DNA from: Lama guanicoe
Lineage: Eukaryota
Direction of reading: 5' to 3'
Assembly (NCBI GenBank): GCA_013239625.1
Contig: MU054220.1
Coordinates: forward strand, 4,029,374 to 4,093,373
DNA length: 64,000 bases
A model generated the notes under the pieces. It made no database searches, was not told the DNA's origin, and saw nothing but the letters and a program-made list of their open reading frames with translations. Below, piece after piece: positions 50,906 to 63,200 of this stretch. Numbering within the stretch: the first letter of the stretch is position 1; each line of letters opens with the position of its first letter. Position numbers and translations under genes: made by a program.

Positions 50906-53900
50906 GCCGTGGTCCCCTCTGTTACCTGGGCTGGACACTCTCTGTTGATTCCTGCGGATGCCCCTCCGCCCTCCTTCTCCCTGTCTGGTCCCCAGGAGAA
51001 TGACTCTCCCACTACCCCATCTCCTGTGTGGCTGCATCCTCAGGTGCCCCGGCCTCCAGCTTCTGGTTGGGCTCAGCCAACAGATGCCACTGCGAGGAGA
51101 GTGGGAGGAAGAAGGGGAGGGAGGCGGGCGTTTATTCCCTGCTCCCACCCGGCCAGCTCACCGAGGGACAGCGGGGCCCCACTTCCACAGGCCACAGCTC
51201 CTGCTGGGCCACCCCTTGCTGTGGTTCCAGTAACTATGCCCACTTGGCCCTGCCCCTTGTGGCCCACAAGTAACACCCTTCTCCACCTCAGTGCTTCTGT
51301 CCTTTTTCCATCATCTTGACACTGGCTGTGTCTTTGTAAACAGCCCTTTGGTAAAATGTCCTCAACTAACCTATCCAATTTTGTCCTGTTTCCCACTGGG
51401 GCCCTGACTGATGGCTGATGCCAGCCCAAATCATAGCTCTGCCCCACCTCCCCCGTCCCATCTGGAAGCAGCACGCCCATGTCTGCACGTTCACTGATTC
51501 AACAAACTTCTCTTGACCACCTGCAGGGTGTCTTGCTTGTTCTAGGGGTCAGGGATACAGCAGCAGGCAGGACGAGCACAGCCCTGCGCTTCATGGGGCC
51601 ACGTGCTTGGGGAGGCAGTACAGGCGGCAGACCAGTCAGTGTGTAAGATAATGTTGGAGAGCAGTAAGTCTGTAAAGGAGACAAAGCAGGGCCATGGGGT
51701 GGAGGGAGCCATGTGGTCCCAGACACCACGCGTGGAAGACCCGTATCTGGAGAGCAGCCCATACGGAGTATCTCCCAGCGTTGGAAGAGCAGCCCACACA
51801 CGGTTGCCTTTGCAAAAGGCGTGGCGCAGTTCTGGGTGCACAGTAGCCTTTCACCACCGCTTACAGATTGGTCAGCTGAAAGAACAAAGCAAGGAATGAA
51901 GCGCACTATTGTTTACACGGGTGAACTTCCTGAAAGATTTTCCCAGGTTGAACCCACGCTGGTGGGACCAGGCCTAGAGCTGGACTGAGCTCCAACACGG
52001 ATGAAATCAAAATGGCGGAAGTCGTCTTTAACACTTGGCTGCAATCCAGGCCTGACCCCCTCCCTGTACTTCCTACACAGTCAGCTCTGATTTGGGGTTC
52101 TCTTGCCTTGAGAAGATGATGGACGAGGCAGAGAGGGGCTCTGGGGAAGTGGCCCAAAGTCTGTCAGCAAAGAACAGAGGCGCCAGGCAAGGCCACTGTG
52201 GCCACATCTTGCCTCTCTCCTCAGAAGCAAAAGGGCCGTTCCCATGACACCCGCCCTGGCCTGCACCCCAGCTGGGCACACACAATACAGCCGCTTGTTT
52301 GAGGCTCCAGCGAGGCCACGGGCCTTCCTTGCCCTGGAATGGACTGGAATGAGCACAAGGGCTGGGTCACTTTCCCCAGCTTTGGGGAGCTACTCCTCTC
52401 GGCATCTCTGGAATTCTCACCTGCTTCCAATCCTAGAACATTTTGGTCAGTAAAGATGCCGACCCAGTCACCACCCCCCCCACCCCGATTTTACAGAAGA
52501 GGAAGGTGAGGCCCAGGGAGAAGGTTGGGTTGCCGGGCTCACAGGCTTGGTATAAGAAGCCCAGGTAGAGCACAGACCTTCCGGGCCCCTGTAGCCCACT
52601 TTCCATAAGCCTTGCCCTCATTTCCTGAAGTCAGCGCAAGCTCACCTCCAGGATGTCCACCCCGACACCCAAGGCTCCTAGGCTCTCTCCCCATTCTCAC
52701 CCCTGAGAGCTGCGGCTGTGCTCTGCTCAACTTGGCAATTCAGTGTGTCCATCTTTGTTGTTCTTGGACATGAATGCGGCCTCCCCAGTGAGAACATGAC
52801 CTCCTTTTTCCTTCTCCCATCTCCATCAACATTCCCAGCAGAGGCCCAGTTACCCACCAGTTCATCAGTAAGTGCTTCTGGCTTGGTTAATTCATAAATC
52901 AGTAACATCTTTGGTTTTCCTCCACTGAACAATCTCCCTCGACCAAAAAAGGAAGTAGAGAATTTTAAACCAAAGAGCTGCAGCAAACACAGAGGATCCC
53001 ATATATTTCAGGCCCGTCCATTTCCTGTCTGGATTCCCAGCAGTTTGAGTGGAAGAGGTGGGTGTCACAATGTCCTATATGGTCAGAGGGCTGCTCCGGG
53101 AGTCCCAGCTCTTGAAGAAGTGTCTGTGTGAGGATGGCTCCAGGATAGATTTGGGGAGATCCCAAGGACCTGGGGGAGTCCAGTGTCCGTGGCTATTGGT
53201 GTCATCCACACCAGATCCTCTTTTTGCCAAGAGCAGTGACTAACCCCCAGCCTCTCTCTCCTGGATGCTACCACTGGCCAGAAAAGAGAGACAAAAGGAA
53301 AAGAAGCCAGGGTCTTAGTTCACAATTAACTTTTGAGCGACCCTGTTTTTCACAGGACATTTCTCCCATGATTTTCTCCTTTTTTAGCTTCTTTCTTTGG
53401 CTTCTCTCTGGTTGTGCCTGCAAATGGTCACCACAGTGATGGCAGTCCAGCTTGTCCCGGAAGAGCCCCCTCCTTGGTCTTGGCTCCTCTGCCTGCTCCC
53501 CTGGGTAACCCGTCGCCCAGCTGGCCACTGCCTGGGGGCGGGGAGACAAAGGCCCCCTCTTTGGATCAGGCCATGACCCGTGCTCACTGGAGCTTTTACG
53601 CATCTCTGCCATTCCTGCCTTTATCAGATTAGCTTCAATTAGACAAATGAAAATCACATGGAGCAGAGAGGGGAGGAAGCCTGAGCTTGCAGGAGTGCCT
53701 TTCAACAAAAGGACGGGGGCAGGGTGGCCATTAGGAAAGGAGGCTGATGGTGGCGGTACCCACACGTGTATGTGTGGGCACACAGGGCCTTCCATGAGGA
53801 AAGGTCAGCCCAGAAAAGCACAAAGGGCCATCATTAACTTGGAAGGAAACTTTGAATCTTCTATCAAGAAGGGCTGGAGCATTTTGTGAGCCACAGACCA

Positions 53901-53933
53901 GACCCCTCTGGGAATCTGCTGAAGGCTCGGGAG

Positions 53934-54375
53934 CAGTGCTGTCCAATAAAGCTCTAATGTGAGCCACAGATGTGAGCCTCAGATAGAATTTAAATTTTTT
54001 AAATAGCCACATTAAACAATTTTTAAAGAAACTCATTTATTTTAATAATAATTTAAATTTTAAAAACATCTTTTTAAGCCAAATATGTCCAAAATATTAT
54101 AATTTCAACACATGTCCATAAAAAAATTATTAGCGAGTTATTTGACATTCTTTTTTCATGCTAAGTCTTCAACATCGGCAGTGTATGTCACATTTACAGC
54201 CCATGTAATTTGGACTAGCCACATTTCAAGTGCTCAGCAACCACATGTGGCTACTGGCTGCCATGTTTAGGATGACCAACTCCCCCAGTTTGCCCAGGAC
54301 TGTCCTAGTTTTAGAATTGACGGCCGCACGTCTTGGGCAAACTTGGATGGTTGGTTGCCTTAGATTGGATAGCAT
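53934..54375. mobile_element. MER33 (hAT-Charlie) with nested MER81-like element
   Basis: cagtgctgtccaata...atttggactagccacatttcaagtgctcagcaaccacatgtggctactggct...ttggatagcatag. Confidence 0.85.
54268..54362. mobile_element. MER81/MER94-like hAT-Blackjack MITE
   Basis: TIRs taggatgaccaac / gttggttgcctta; cagtttgcccaggactgtcc body. Confidence 0.75.
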
Positions 54376-55826
54376 AGCTCTAAGACCATCTCCCCAGAAC
54401 AGCACACAGACAACGGTTGCCCTATAATTTAAAGAGGTTTGGTGCCCTCTCGTGATCCTTAGTTGGGGAACCCCTAATCCCATTGAACAGACTGAAAAAA
54501 GAGTGATCCAGAAAGGGGAAGGGATTTGCCCAAGGCCACATGGTAACTTTTCGATTAGAGCTACAAGTAGGACCTAGGCGTCCTGATTTCAGGATGCTCT
54601 GTGCTAGCCCACAGAGGCGCCTGGCAAGAGCATGGCCCATGTCTCTGGGCTCCTGAGTAAAATTCCTTAAGTAAAAGAGAAAAAAGATTAGTGGATTTGA
54701 GGAACCGTGCTAAGTAAACAGTGATACAGACAATACCCAGGTATGCCGTATCACTTAGCCACTTAGAACTCCATCTGACTAAACAAAACCCCATCTAGAC
54801 CCAACAAGCAATGCTGGGGTTCAGGGGGCCTCAGGATTCTGGTCAAATCCGGGCATCCAGGCAAGGCCTTACAGACCCCCGTGCTTGCCCTCCTGAGCTC
54901 TTGGACAGAGAGAGGTGCTGCCACGCTCCTCGGCCCTGGCCCTGAGGACACAGCTCACTTCCACGGGAGGGCAGGCAGGCGGAAAGGGGATGTGAAAGGT
55001 CCTTGGTGTGCAGCCTGGGTCCAGGGTATCCCCAGGATCTACTCTCAGTTCCCTGATAGCCCAGATGCTAACTGATAAGTCCATCTTGGTTAAATATTTA
55101 CACCGCGATTGAATCATCAGTGTTAGAGCTGAAAGGGAGGTAGACACTCCTCCCATTTGTTGGAGGACGACACAGTGGCCAGAGAGGGGAGGGAAGGGTC
55201 CAAGTTCACCGTAAAGGTGAGGGTGGAGGAGATCCTACTCATGTGGGGGCAAAGGGTGGCCCCACCTGCTTAAGATCAGGGCCAGATTTTGACAGATATT
55301 TGTTAAGTGAGTAAATGAATAATCGAAGTATTTGACCTACCTCTCACTTCCCTGACACTATTCTCTGCCTCTTCCTAAAAATAGTGGACGTGAAATGTTC
55401 ACTGCATCAAGGGCACTTTTTTTTAAGTTTATATTGTATTTATTTTTAACACTTTTATTGTGGTATGGTTCCTGTACACTAAATTGCACATATTTCAGAC
55501 GTACAATTTGAGGAATTTTGGTAGATGTGTACACCAATGAAACCACTACCACAAGATAGCTAACATTTCCATCACTCCCCAAGAGGTGCAATTTTTGAAT
55601 TCCAAGGGCACTTATTAAATGCACATTCCTTGGGCCACCTTCAGAGATTCTCAATCAGGAGACTTGAAGGGAGGGCCTGGGAATTTAAATTTTAGATAAT
55701 GCTTCCCATCTCCCTGGCCCACCCGAGCTCCTGCAGGGAAGCAAAGGTAATGCCGATGTAGGAGTCTAGGGAGAGACTTTTGAGCCATTGCTTACCTCTG
55801 TAGCGTCTTCTCCCACCCTGGCTGCA

Positions 55827-55845
55827 CAGCGCCCCCTGGCTGAGA
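55827..55845 (-). promoter_or_regulatory. Candidate CTCF site
   Basis: Minus strand TCTCAGCCAGGGGGCGCTG versus consensus TGGCCACCAGGGGGCGCTA; the core CCAGGGGGCGC is intact. Confidence 0.5.
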
Positions 55846-58042
55846 GTCCTGGCCTTGTTCAGAAATTTGTCAGCCCCGCTCTTCTCTTGGAATGATTGAT
55901 CCAGCGGGGCGGGTGGTTGATGGGGGGCCTGGCTCCCTTCAGCCCCTCACCCCCAGGGCCCACCACTCTTAGCCTGGGAGAGCTGATGAATGTCCATTAC
56001 CACAGCAGTCCCCATAAAAAAGATTATGGGGTGTTGCTGAGTTTACAAGCCTGTTCTTGTAAATCTGCCAGACTTGGGGTGGTCACAGCCACTATAGAAG
56101 AAGGACAAAATTATTTTCCCTCTGCTCAGTGCCACACACCCAGTCCCTTTCCTGGGAACCATGGTGGCCTTGTTGCAAGAGCAGTAGATCGTGAATTGGA
56201 AGACCTGGAACAAGTGGAGAGACCAGAGCTCACAGCTGGGCCACCACTGGTTCAGCCAGTGGACGTCCCCAGGCCTCTACTTTTCCACCTGTGAGGTGGG
56301 CTCTTCGCTCATCTCCCAAAGATGGTTGTGAGGATGACTCAAGCTCAGCCTTTGATGTTGCAATACTGTCCAAGGGCCCACATCACAGAATATGACTGAG
56401 TGGTGAGGGTGTCTTTTTGGTGAAGTTGGGGAAAGAAAAAGCAGGCTCGTGGTCTCCGTGCCCCTCACTGCTCCGGCCCCTGCAGGTGAAGGGTGTGACC
56501 TCACAGGCAGAGGTTGGGGTGGCAGGCAGGGGAGGAGAGAGACCCAGGGGCAGCCCCCCGGGACCCCAGGCCCTCTTGGCACCTGGCCAGGCTGGCTTCC
56601 TGGTCGCCTTCACCCGTTTTCAGGCCTGGTTTGTGTCTGGTGAGATGCCCCAGGCCAGTGTGGGCTGCTCGCCCTGCTCCACAGGCCTGGCTGGGGCCCC
56701 AGGAATGCCTTGTCTGATGCTTAATTTTCTGCTCTCTTTCCCCTGTTGGCCTCGGAACTTGGATCATCTGTCAGGCCCTCTCGAGGTGATCGAGCACAGA
56801 GCCCGGAGAGCCCGGGGAGTATGAGGTGACAGGCGAGTCACATGAACACTGACCCCATCAATACCAGGCAGCCCCAGAGCCAGGGGAGGGGGGCTGCTGC
56901 TCCCTAAAACCTCATTAACAGTCCTGACAAATGCACCCAGATGGAGTGTGAATCTTCTTGGCAAAAGACCAGAAAAGCCGTCTGCTAGTGGTGCCAGTGA
57001 AGGGGTAGAGAGAGGGGCCAGAGCCTCGGGGGTGGGGTGCAGCCAGGCCACGGCCACTGAAGCCCAGGTCATCTAGACCCTAAAACTAATGATAAGAATA
57101 AACAGTGCTGGAAAGGCCTGGTGCCATCACCCACTGCACTGGGTGAGCACTTTGCTCTGCCTCTCATCACCACCCTCGTAGCCTGGCATTATGGCTCTCC
57201 GCTTTCTCCAGATGAGGAAGCTGAGGCTCGGACAGGTGAAGTGACCCACGCAAGGGTATATAGCTGGGAAGTGGGGGAGCCAGGACTCAAACCTGACCAG
57301 GGTCTCTTAGGAATCAGAGCAGGCAAAGGCAGAAAGACCAAAATTCCTTCCTTATTTTTTTGCCCACATGCCAATTTCTGTCCTTGGTATGTGTGGCCCC
57401 CTCTGTCCATCCCCAAAGCTTCTCCCTGTGCCCCTTCCGGGACTCAACCCCCAACCAAGATTTCCACGCGCTGGGGCAAGATCAACTGTGTGCAAAAAAG
57501 GGGGATTGTTTTTAGGAACTATAACTAGGAAATAAAACAGTTGTTTTCAATAACAGGCTTTGCTTGTAATATAGTCTTTGTGTGCCCTTGGCCAAGTGAC
57601 TTCCCCACTCTGGGTGGCTTGGGTTGTCCCTCTGCAAAAGGGGGATCATAGGGGCTCCTGCAGCATGGGGTTGCATTGTGGTAGCCCCACGCCTGGCACT
57701 TAGTAAACACTCCATGAAAGTGCATTGTCATCTTAGCAGTAAGCAAGCAAGGTGCGGGGTGGGCAGACTGGGGTACCAGAAGCATCCATGGACCCCCATG
57801 TCAAGAAGTTTCCCACAGTGATAAGGCTATGTACCCGTGTTTCTCTGGGAACGACCCACAGCTGGGTGGCTGGGATAGTGGAGGACTCCAGCAGGGCGTC
57901 CTACTGCAGGGGAGGGGATTCCAGGAGGAGCCAGACCCCACAAACAAGTGGGGGTCAGACAGCGCCCCAACTTAGCAGGAGTTTGAGAGAGTAGCAGGCT
58001 GGAGAGGAGGCTGTGACGGGCCTGGCCCTGGTGCCCTGTCCT

Positions 58043-58490
58043 CGGTGATGTGCGGGAGCCATGCCAACTCATACAAACCTGTTTCAACTCCTGAGGCTCA
58101 CTTAAATTTGCAGGACTTGCACAGGACATTACTAAGAACTAAATGACAGAAACCTACAGTTAAATAAATTTTTAAAAAAGGTAATAAATAATCAAAGCTC
58201 ATTATTTCCTAAGCACATTAGTACCTTTATCAGTAGTACTATTATTAATGCCCACGAGGTTATTTACACTTATGGTACATGCGTGGCGTAAGCACTATAT
58301 AGCGGTGCACTGCCATACCTCTCTCCCCAGCTCAGCCATCCGAGATACCACCCTGGGAGCTCGAAACTGGCCCTGGCGGAGTATTTACATCATAGAAATC
58401 AGCAAACACCACAAAAATCAACACACACCACAAATCAGAGCCACCCCCCCTTCCAGAACTGGTTGTTCTGCACTTGCAAGCCCACCACTG
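58043..58490. mobile_element. MER63-like hAT-Blackjack element
   Basis: aaaggtaataaataatcaaagctcattatttcctaa...ggagtatttacatcatagaaatcagcaaac...caccactg. Confidence 0.75.
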
Positions 58491-59369
58491 CCCTGCACGA
58501 CACTGGTGACTTGCGTGGGGACTCGGGGGCCAGAGCCCACTCCCCGCAAAGGATTGCGAGGCTGTTCTTCCCAAGTGGGAATTACCTCCACCCCCCAGAC
58601 CTCCAGGACTTATTTTAGAACAACCGTGGAGTCTCCCGAATTGATCAGGACCCATTGTTTCCCCTCTCCAGTCGGTGGGCTCCACCCTGCATTGTCCACG
58701 GCCCCGCCCAGCTCCTCCGAGGCTCCTCAGAGGCGGGAGCCCGGAGGAACCTAGCAGCCAGAGCCTTGGATGGCAGCCCTGTGTGCTGGTGGCTTCTGTT
58801 GTGATTGCCCGAGGATCTCGGGGTTTCCTTGTCCATGGGCCTCAGAACCCACTGGGGAACAGCCTGTTTATGGTAAATGATGCTTGTTTGCTTTGATTCT
58901 TAGCTCAGACCCCAGGGCCACGACTGCGTCCCCGTAAATTAAAAGCTGCTTGTATTTGGGGGGATTAAGCAATACTGTGAAGCCCTGGGAACATGGGGCC
59001 TTCGGAGAGAGCTGCCAACTGCGCCTCCCAGATGCAGCCATGGGGCACGTTCATGTCCCCGCCGAGGCGGGACCCTCTGGGTGGTGTCACTGGACTTAGA
59101 GACTAGGGTGACCTGTGTCTCCTCTCACCCATATACTGCTTAGAAAGAAAACAATACAAACTTCTATTACTGTGGGATTATCCCTTTCCCGTGTTAATCT
59201 ATGCTTAAACTGCTCCTCCCGCCTGGGAGGTGCCCCTTCCCCATCATACACACCTGCATCTGAGGGACGGGCCCAATCTTTGTCTCTCAGGGTCCAACGC
59301 AGGAGTAAACATAACAATGGCCAAGATACGCCAAGTCTCAGAGTTTACAAAGCACTTTCCTATGCTTGG

Positions 59370-60825
59370 CTTTTCAGTTGCTTTAGAATACACATAACAT
59401 AAAATTTACCTTCTTAACCAATTTTAAGTGTATAGTTCAGGGGTATTAAGTACATTGTTTTGCAGCCATCACCGCCATCCATCTCCATAACCTTTTTCAT
59501 CTTGGAAATCTGAAACTCTATACCGAATAAACACTAACTCCCCATTCTCCCCTCCTCCACCCCGTTCGCTGGCAACCACCATTAGACATTCTGTCTCTGA
59601 TTTTGACTCCTCTAAGTACCTCCTATAAGTGAAATCATACAGTATTTGTCTTTTTGTGACTGGTTCATTTCACTTAGCATAATATGCTCGATACTCATCC
59701 ATGTTGTAGCGTGTGGCAGAATTTCTTTCCTTCAAGGCTCCGNNNNNNNNNNNNNNNNNNNNNNNNNNNNNNNNNNNNNNNNNNNNNNNNNNNNNNNNNN
59801 NNNNNNNNNNNNNNNNNNNNNNNNNNNNNNNNNNNNNNNNNNNNNNNNNNNNNNNNNNNNNNNNNNNNNNNNNNNNNNNNNNNNNNNNNNNNNNNNAGAA
59901 TATACCAAAAAGCAGAATTGCTGGGTCGGATGGTAATTCTATTTTTAATGTTTTGAGGAATGTCCACACAGTTTTTCACAGCAGCTCCATCAGTTTATGT
60001 TCCCACCATCAGTGCACAAGTGTTCCAATTTCTCCACATCCTTGCCAACACTTGTTGTTTTCTGTTTGTTTTTTATTACCAATAGCCATCCTAGTGGGTG
60101 TGAAATGGTCTCTCATTGTGGTTTTGATTTGCATTTCCCTAATGATTAGTCTAATGTCTTTTCACATACTTTTCTCACTTTTTGAATTGTTTATTTTTCT
60201 GTTGTTGAATTTTAAGAGTTCTGCATATTTTCTGGATATTAATCCCTTATCAGATACATTATTTGCAAATATTTTCTCCCATTCTGTGAGTTGCCTTTTT
60301 GCTCTGTGGATGGTGTCCCCTGATGCACAAAATTTTTAAGTTTTCATGACGTCCCATCTGTCTGTTTTTTCTTTTGTTGCCTCTGCCTTTGGTGTCACAT
60401 CCAAGCCATCATTACCAAATCCAATGTCATGAAGCTTTTGTCCAATGATTTCTTCCGAGAGCTTTACTGTTTTAGGTCTTACATTTAGATCCTTAATTCA
60501 TTTTGAATTAATTTTTGTCTGTGGTGTTAGGTAAAGGTCCAACTTCGTCTTTTGCATGTGGGTATTAACTTTTTCCAGCACATTTGTTGAAAAGCTGTCC
60601 TTTCCCCACTGAATGGTCTTGGCACTCTTGTCAAAAAATCGTTTGGCCGTATACACGAGCATTTATTTCTGGGCATTCTTCTCTCCCAGAAGTCTGTGTG
60701 TTTGTCTTTAGGCTGACACCACACTGCTTTGATTACTGTAGTTCTGCAGCAAGTTTTGAAATCAGGAAGCATGCGTCCTCCAATTTTGTTCTTCTTTTAC
60801 AAGATTGTTTTGGCTATTTAGGGAC
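59370..60825 (-). mobile_element. L1MA/MB-like ORF2 C-terminus + 3'UTR with N gap 59743-59896
   Basis: Minus-strand [16 protein letters not shown] and LPDFKTCCRTTVIKAVW are ORF2 remnants; cataacataaaatttacc 3' end. Confidence 0.92.
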
Positions 60826-61194
60826 CCATCCCATACTTGATTTTATTTTACATGTTAATTCGACAAATACATATTAAGTCGCCACTCTTCACTGTGTTCT
60901 GGGAGCCCTGGAGTGGTGGAGCCTCTATGTACTCTGGGGAGATGTTCGAGATAGGTGGGGCCCAAACCCAGCATCTCCATTTTACAGATCATCTAACGGA
61001 TGCTCTTCTGTCTCATTTGGTTCAGAACAGTGACCTGTGTGGACAGAGCCCAACCCCTGGCCCCCGGGGACTGTCCTCTGAGCCCACTTCTGAGGCCACA
61101 GTCCCAGAGAGTGGCCTGAGGAGGGCCACTCTGTCAGGATAACATAGCCCCACACGGCCCCCTCCCCCTTGCTCGGAAGGGCCCCACCTTCCCT

Positions 61195-61900
61195 GTTTCC
61201 CATCAGCGCTCCAGCGTCCGCACTATATTAGGGAAATAGAGCTGAGTATTAGGTAATGACTGTCCAATTTATTCTGACAGCAAGAACCAGAGGGAGGAAA
61301 TTGCCATTGGTGATTTTACTTAGGCTCTGACAACTTTAATTAATCTTCATTCCGTTCCCGGGAAGCGGGAGCCTCCACCGGCGACTGTGAGCCCAGGCGG
61401 CGGCCTCGGTGTGCCGACCGCCCTCGGCTGTGGACACAAGGCTGGGCACCCTGGAGCCTGAAGATCCAGCGTGGCTCCCAGGAGTCCTGGGTCCCCATGC
61501 TCTTCAGCCTCCGCGTCCTCCTCAGCTTCTCCCAGGAGGGCAGAGGAAGCCAGGGCGTCCCCACCCTCTTCCGGAGGGGAGCACCGAGGCCGAGAGAGAC
61601 TCTCGTCCCGCCCGAGACCCGCTGTGAACGGCCCCACCGTCCGCAACAGCTCAGAGGGCACCACACCCAGCAGCAAGGACGGCCGGGTCCGGAGAGTGGC
61701 CCCCAAAGGACCCACCGGGGAAAGGGTCACACAATTTGAATCCTTTGAATCCCAGACCTGAAAGGACCACCGCTTAGAGGGCACCTGTCCATCCAGATTC
61801 TGCGCAGCTGTTACGAGGAAGGGACTCAGGTCCAGAGAGGAAAGGAGTCTCACCAGCCAGCACCCCGGCCCGACGGCCTCTCCGGGAAGACCCCCACCCC
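61195..61900. promoter_or_regulatory. AT-rich homeodomain/MEIS motif block (61195-61350) abutting a CpG-island-like segment (61350-61900)
   Basis: TGACAG 61275-80, TGACAA 61328-33, TAATTA 61337-42; the densest CpG stretch in the window follows (judged by eye). Confidence 0.5.
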
Positions 61901-62169
61901 ATCCCTCAATCACCCAACAACAGCTTCACTGATAAAAAAAAAAGCCCACAGTCCGCCCCTCCCAGGCTCTGGCATCTCCACTGGGGACACTCCGAAGACC
62001 AGAAACCCTCAGGTCCCCAAATAAGAACTGCTGCTGGTGAAAGCAGACCTCCTGGGTCCCCCACACGGGATGACTGTGCACCTCACTGACTCATCCACGC
62101 AGCCCTGGGCACCACTCTTCAGTGTGTGGCTTTAAGCAGACAGAAGGTTCTGGAAATTGGGCCAAGGGT

Positions 62170-62410
62170 GATAATAATTACAGCAACAATAACAGCCAAT
62201 ACAAACTGACTGTGTCTGTGTGCTGAGCCCTTTTCTGTCATGTAAGCCACATCTATTTGGGGTCCTCCCACACCCCTGTGGGGAGTACACCATTATTGCC
62301 CCCCTTTTTCAGAAGCAGCAGCTGAGATTCAGCGAGGGGAAGTCAGCCGGCCAAGGTCTCCTGGCTGGTAAGTGGTAGAAAAGGAATGCAAGGCCGGTTC
62401 TGCCTCCCCA
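62170..62410 (-). mobile_element. MIR SINE
   Basis: ataataattacagcaac...ccattattgccccc...gctgagattcagcgagggg. Confidence 0.65.
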
Positions 62411-63019
62411 GCCGACCAGTCCATCACGGCTGGCCCATTTCTGCCCTGACGAACAGAACCCTGGGGGTCCCAGGGCAGGTGGCACAAAGACCACCACCCT
62501 CCCTATCTTCATCTGAGCCTCTCCAGCCACTTACTTCCCAGCTCCCTGCTCTCGGGCCTGAGCGCCATCAAGCCCCCAGGAGGCTGGCCAGCGAGGTCCT
62601 CATACCTGCGGGCAATTAGGAAAGTCCCCCAGGGGTGTGTGACTCATCCCCCAGCTTTGTGGGGAGCCTGCAGGGAGGCCGAGGGGCGGACCCCTCCTGC
62701 CTGTGCTGTCCACTCTAATTCTTGGTAGTGTTCTCCAAAGCTCCCGTGGCTCCCAGGCTTGGCTTGCATACAGGGGAAGAAGCATGGGCTGGCCATCACA
62801 CCATGAGTGGAAGGCCAGCTGCCCACACCCTTTCCTCATTGGGCCTCCTCTCTGGTCTTACAAGCCTCAGTGTCACCCCCAGAAAATGGGAATATCTGTG
62901 TCCATAATACACGGACAGGACCATGAGGATGCTTTCTGGCCCAGGTGTTCACAAATCAACCTCACTAACAAAATGTAAACGATATTTCCATTAATAACAT
63001 TAAGCAGAGAGATTTCTGA

Positions 63020-63200
63020 ATGTAGCGAAAAGAACACAGGCTTTGGAGGCCCACAGCCCTGGTTTGCATCTGGGCTATGCGCCTTACCGTCTGGGTGTGC
63101 CTTGAGCCCCAGCCTCAGTTTTTTCATCTGTAAAATGGGCTTAATAATACCTCCCTTGCAGGATTGTCCTGATTCAGTGAAATAATAATACATGTAATCT
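63020..63200 (+). mobile_element. MIR SINE
   Basis: gcctcagttttttcatctgtaaaatgggcttaataatacctcc. Confidence 0.8.

Noticed and set aside
59713-60339. 208-aa hydrophobic ORF resembling a membrane protein
   Set aside because: It is the antisense reading of an L1 and spans an N gap.
61340-61913. Overlapping ORFs in the CpG-rich block as a coding exon
   Set aside because: Multiple frames are open on both strands because of GC content; no recognisable protein and no clear splice-site pair.
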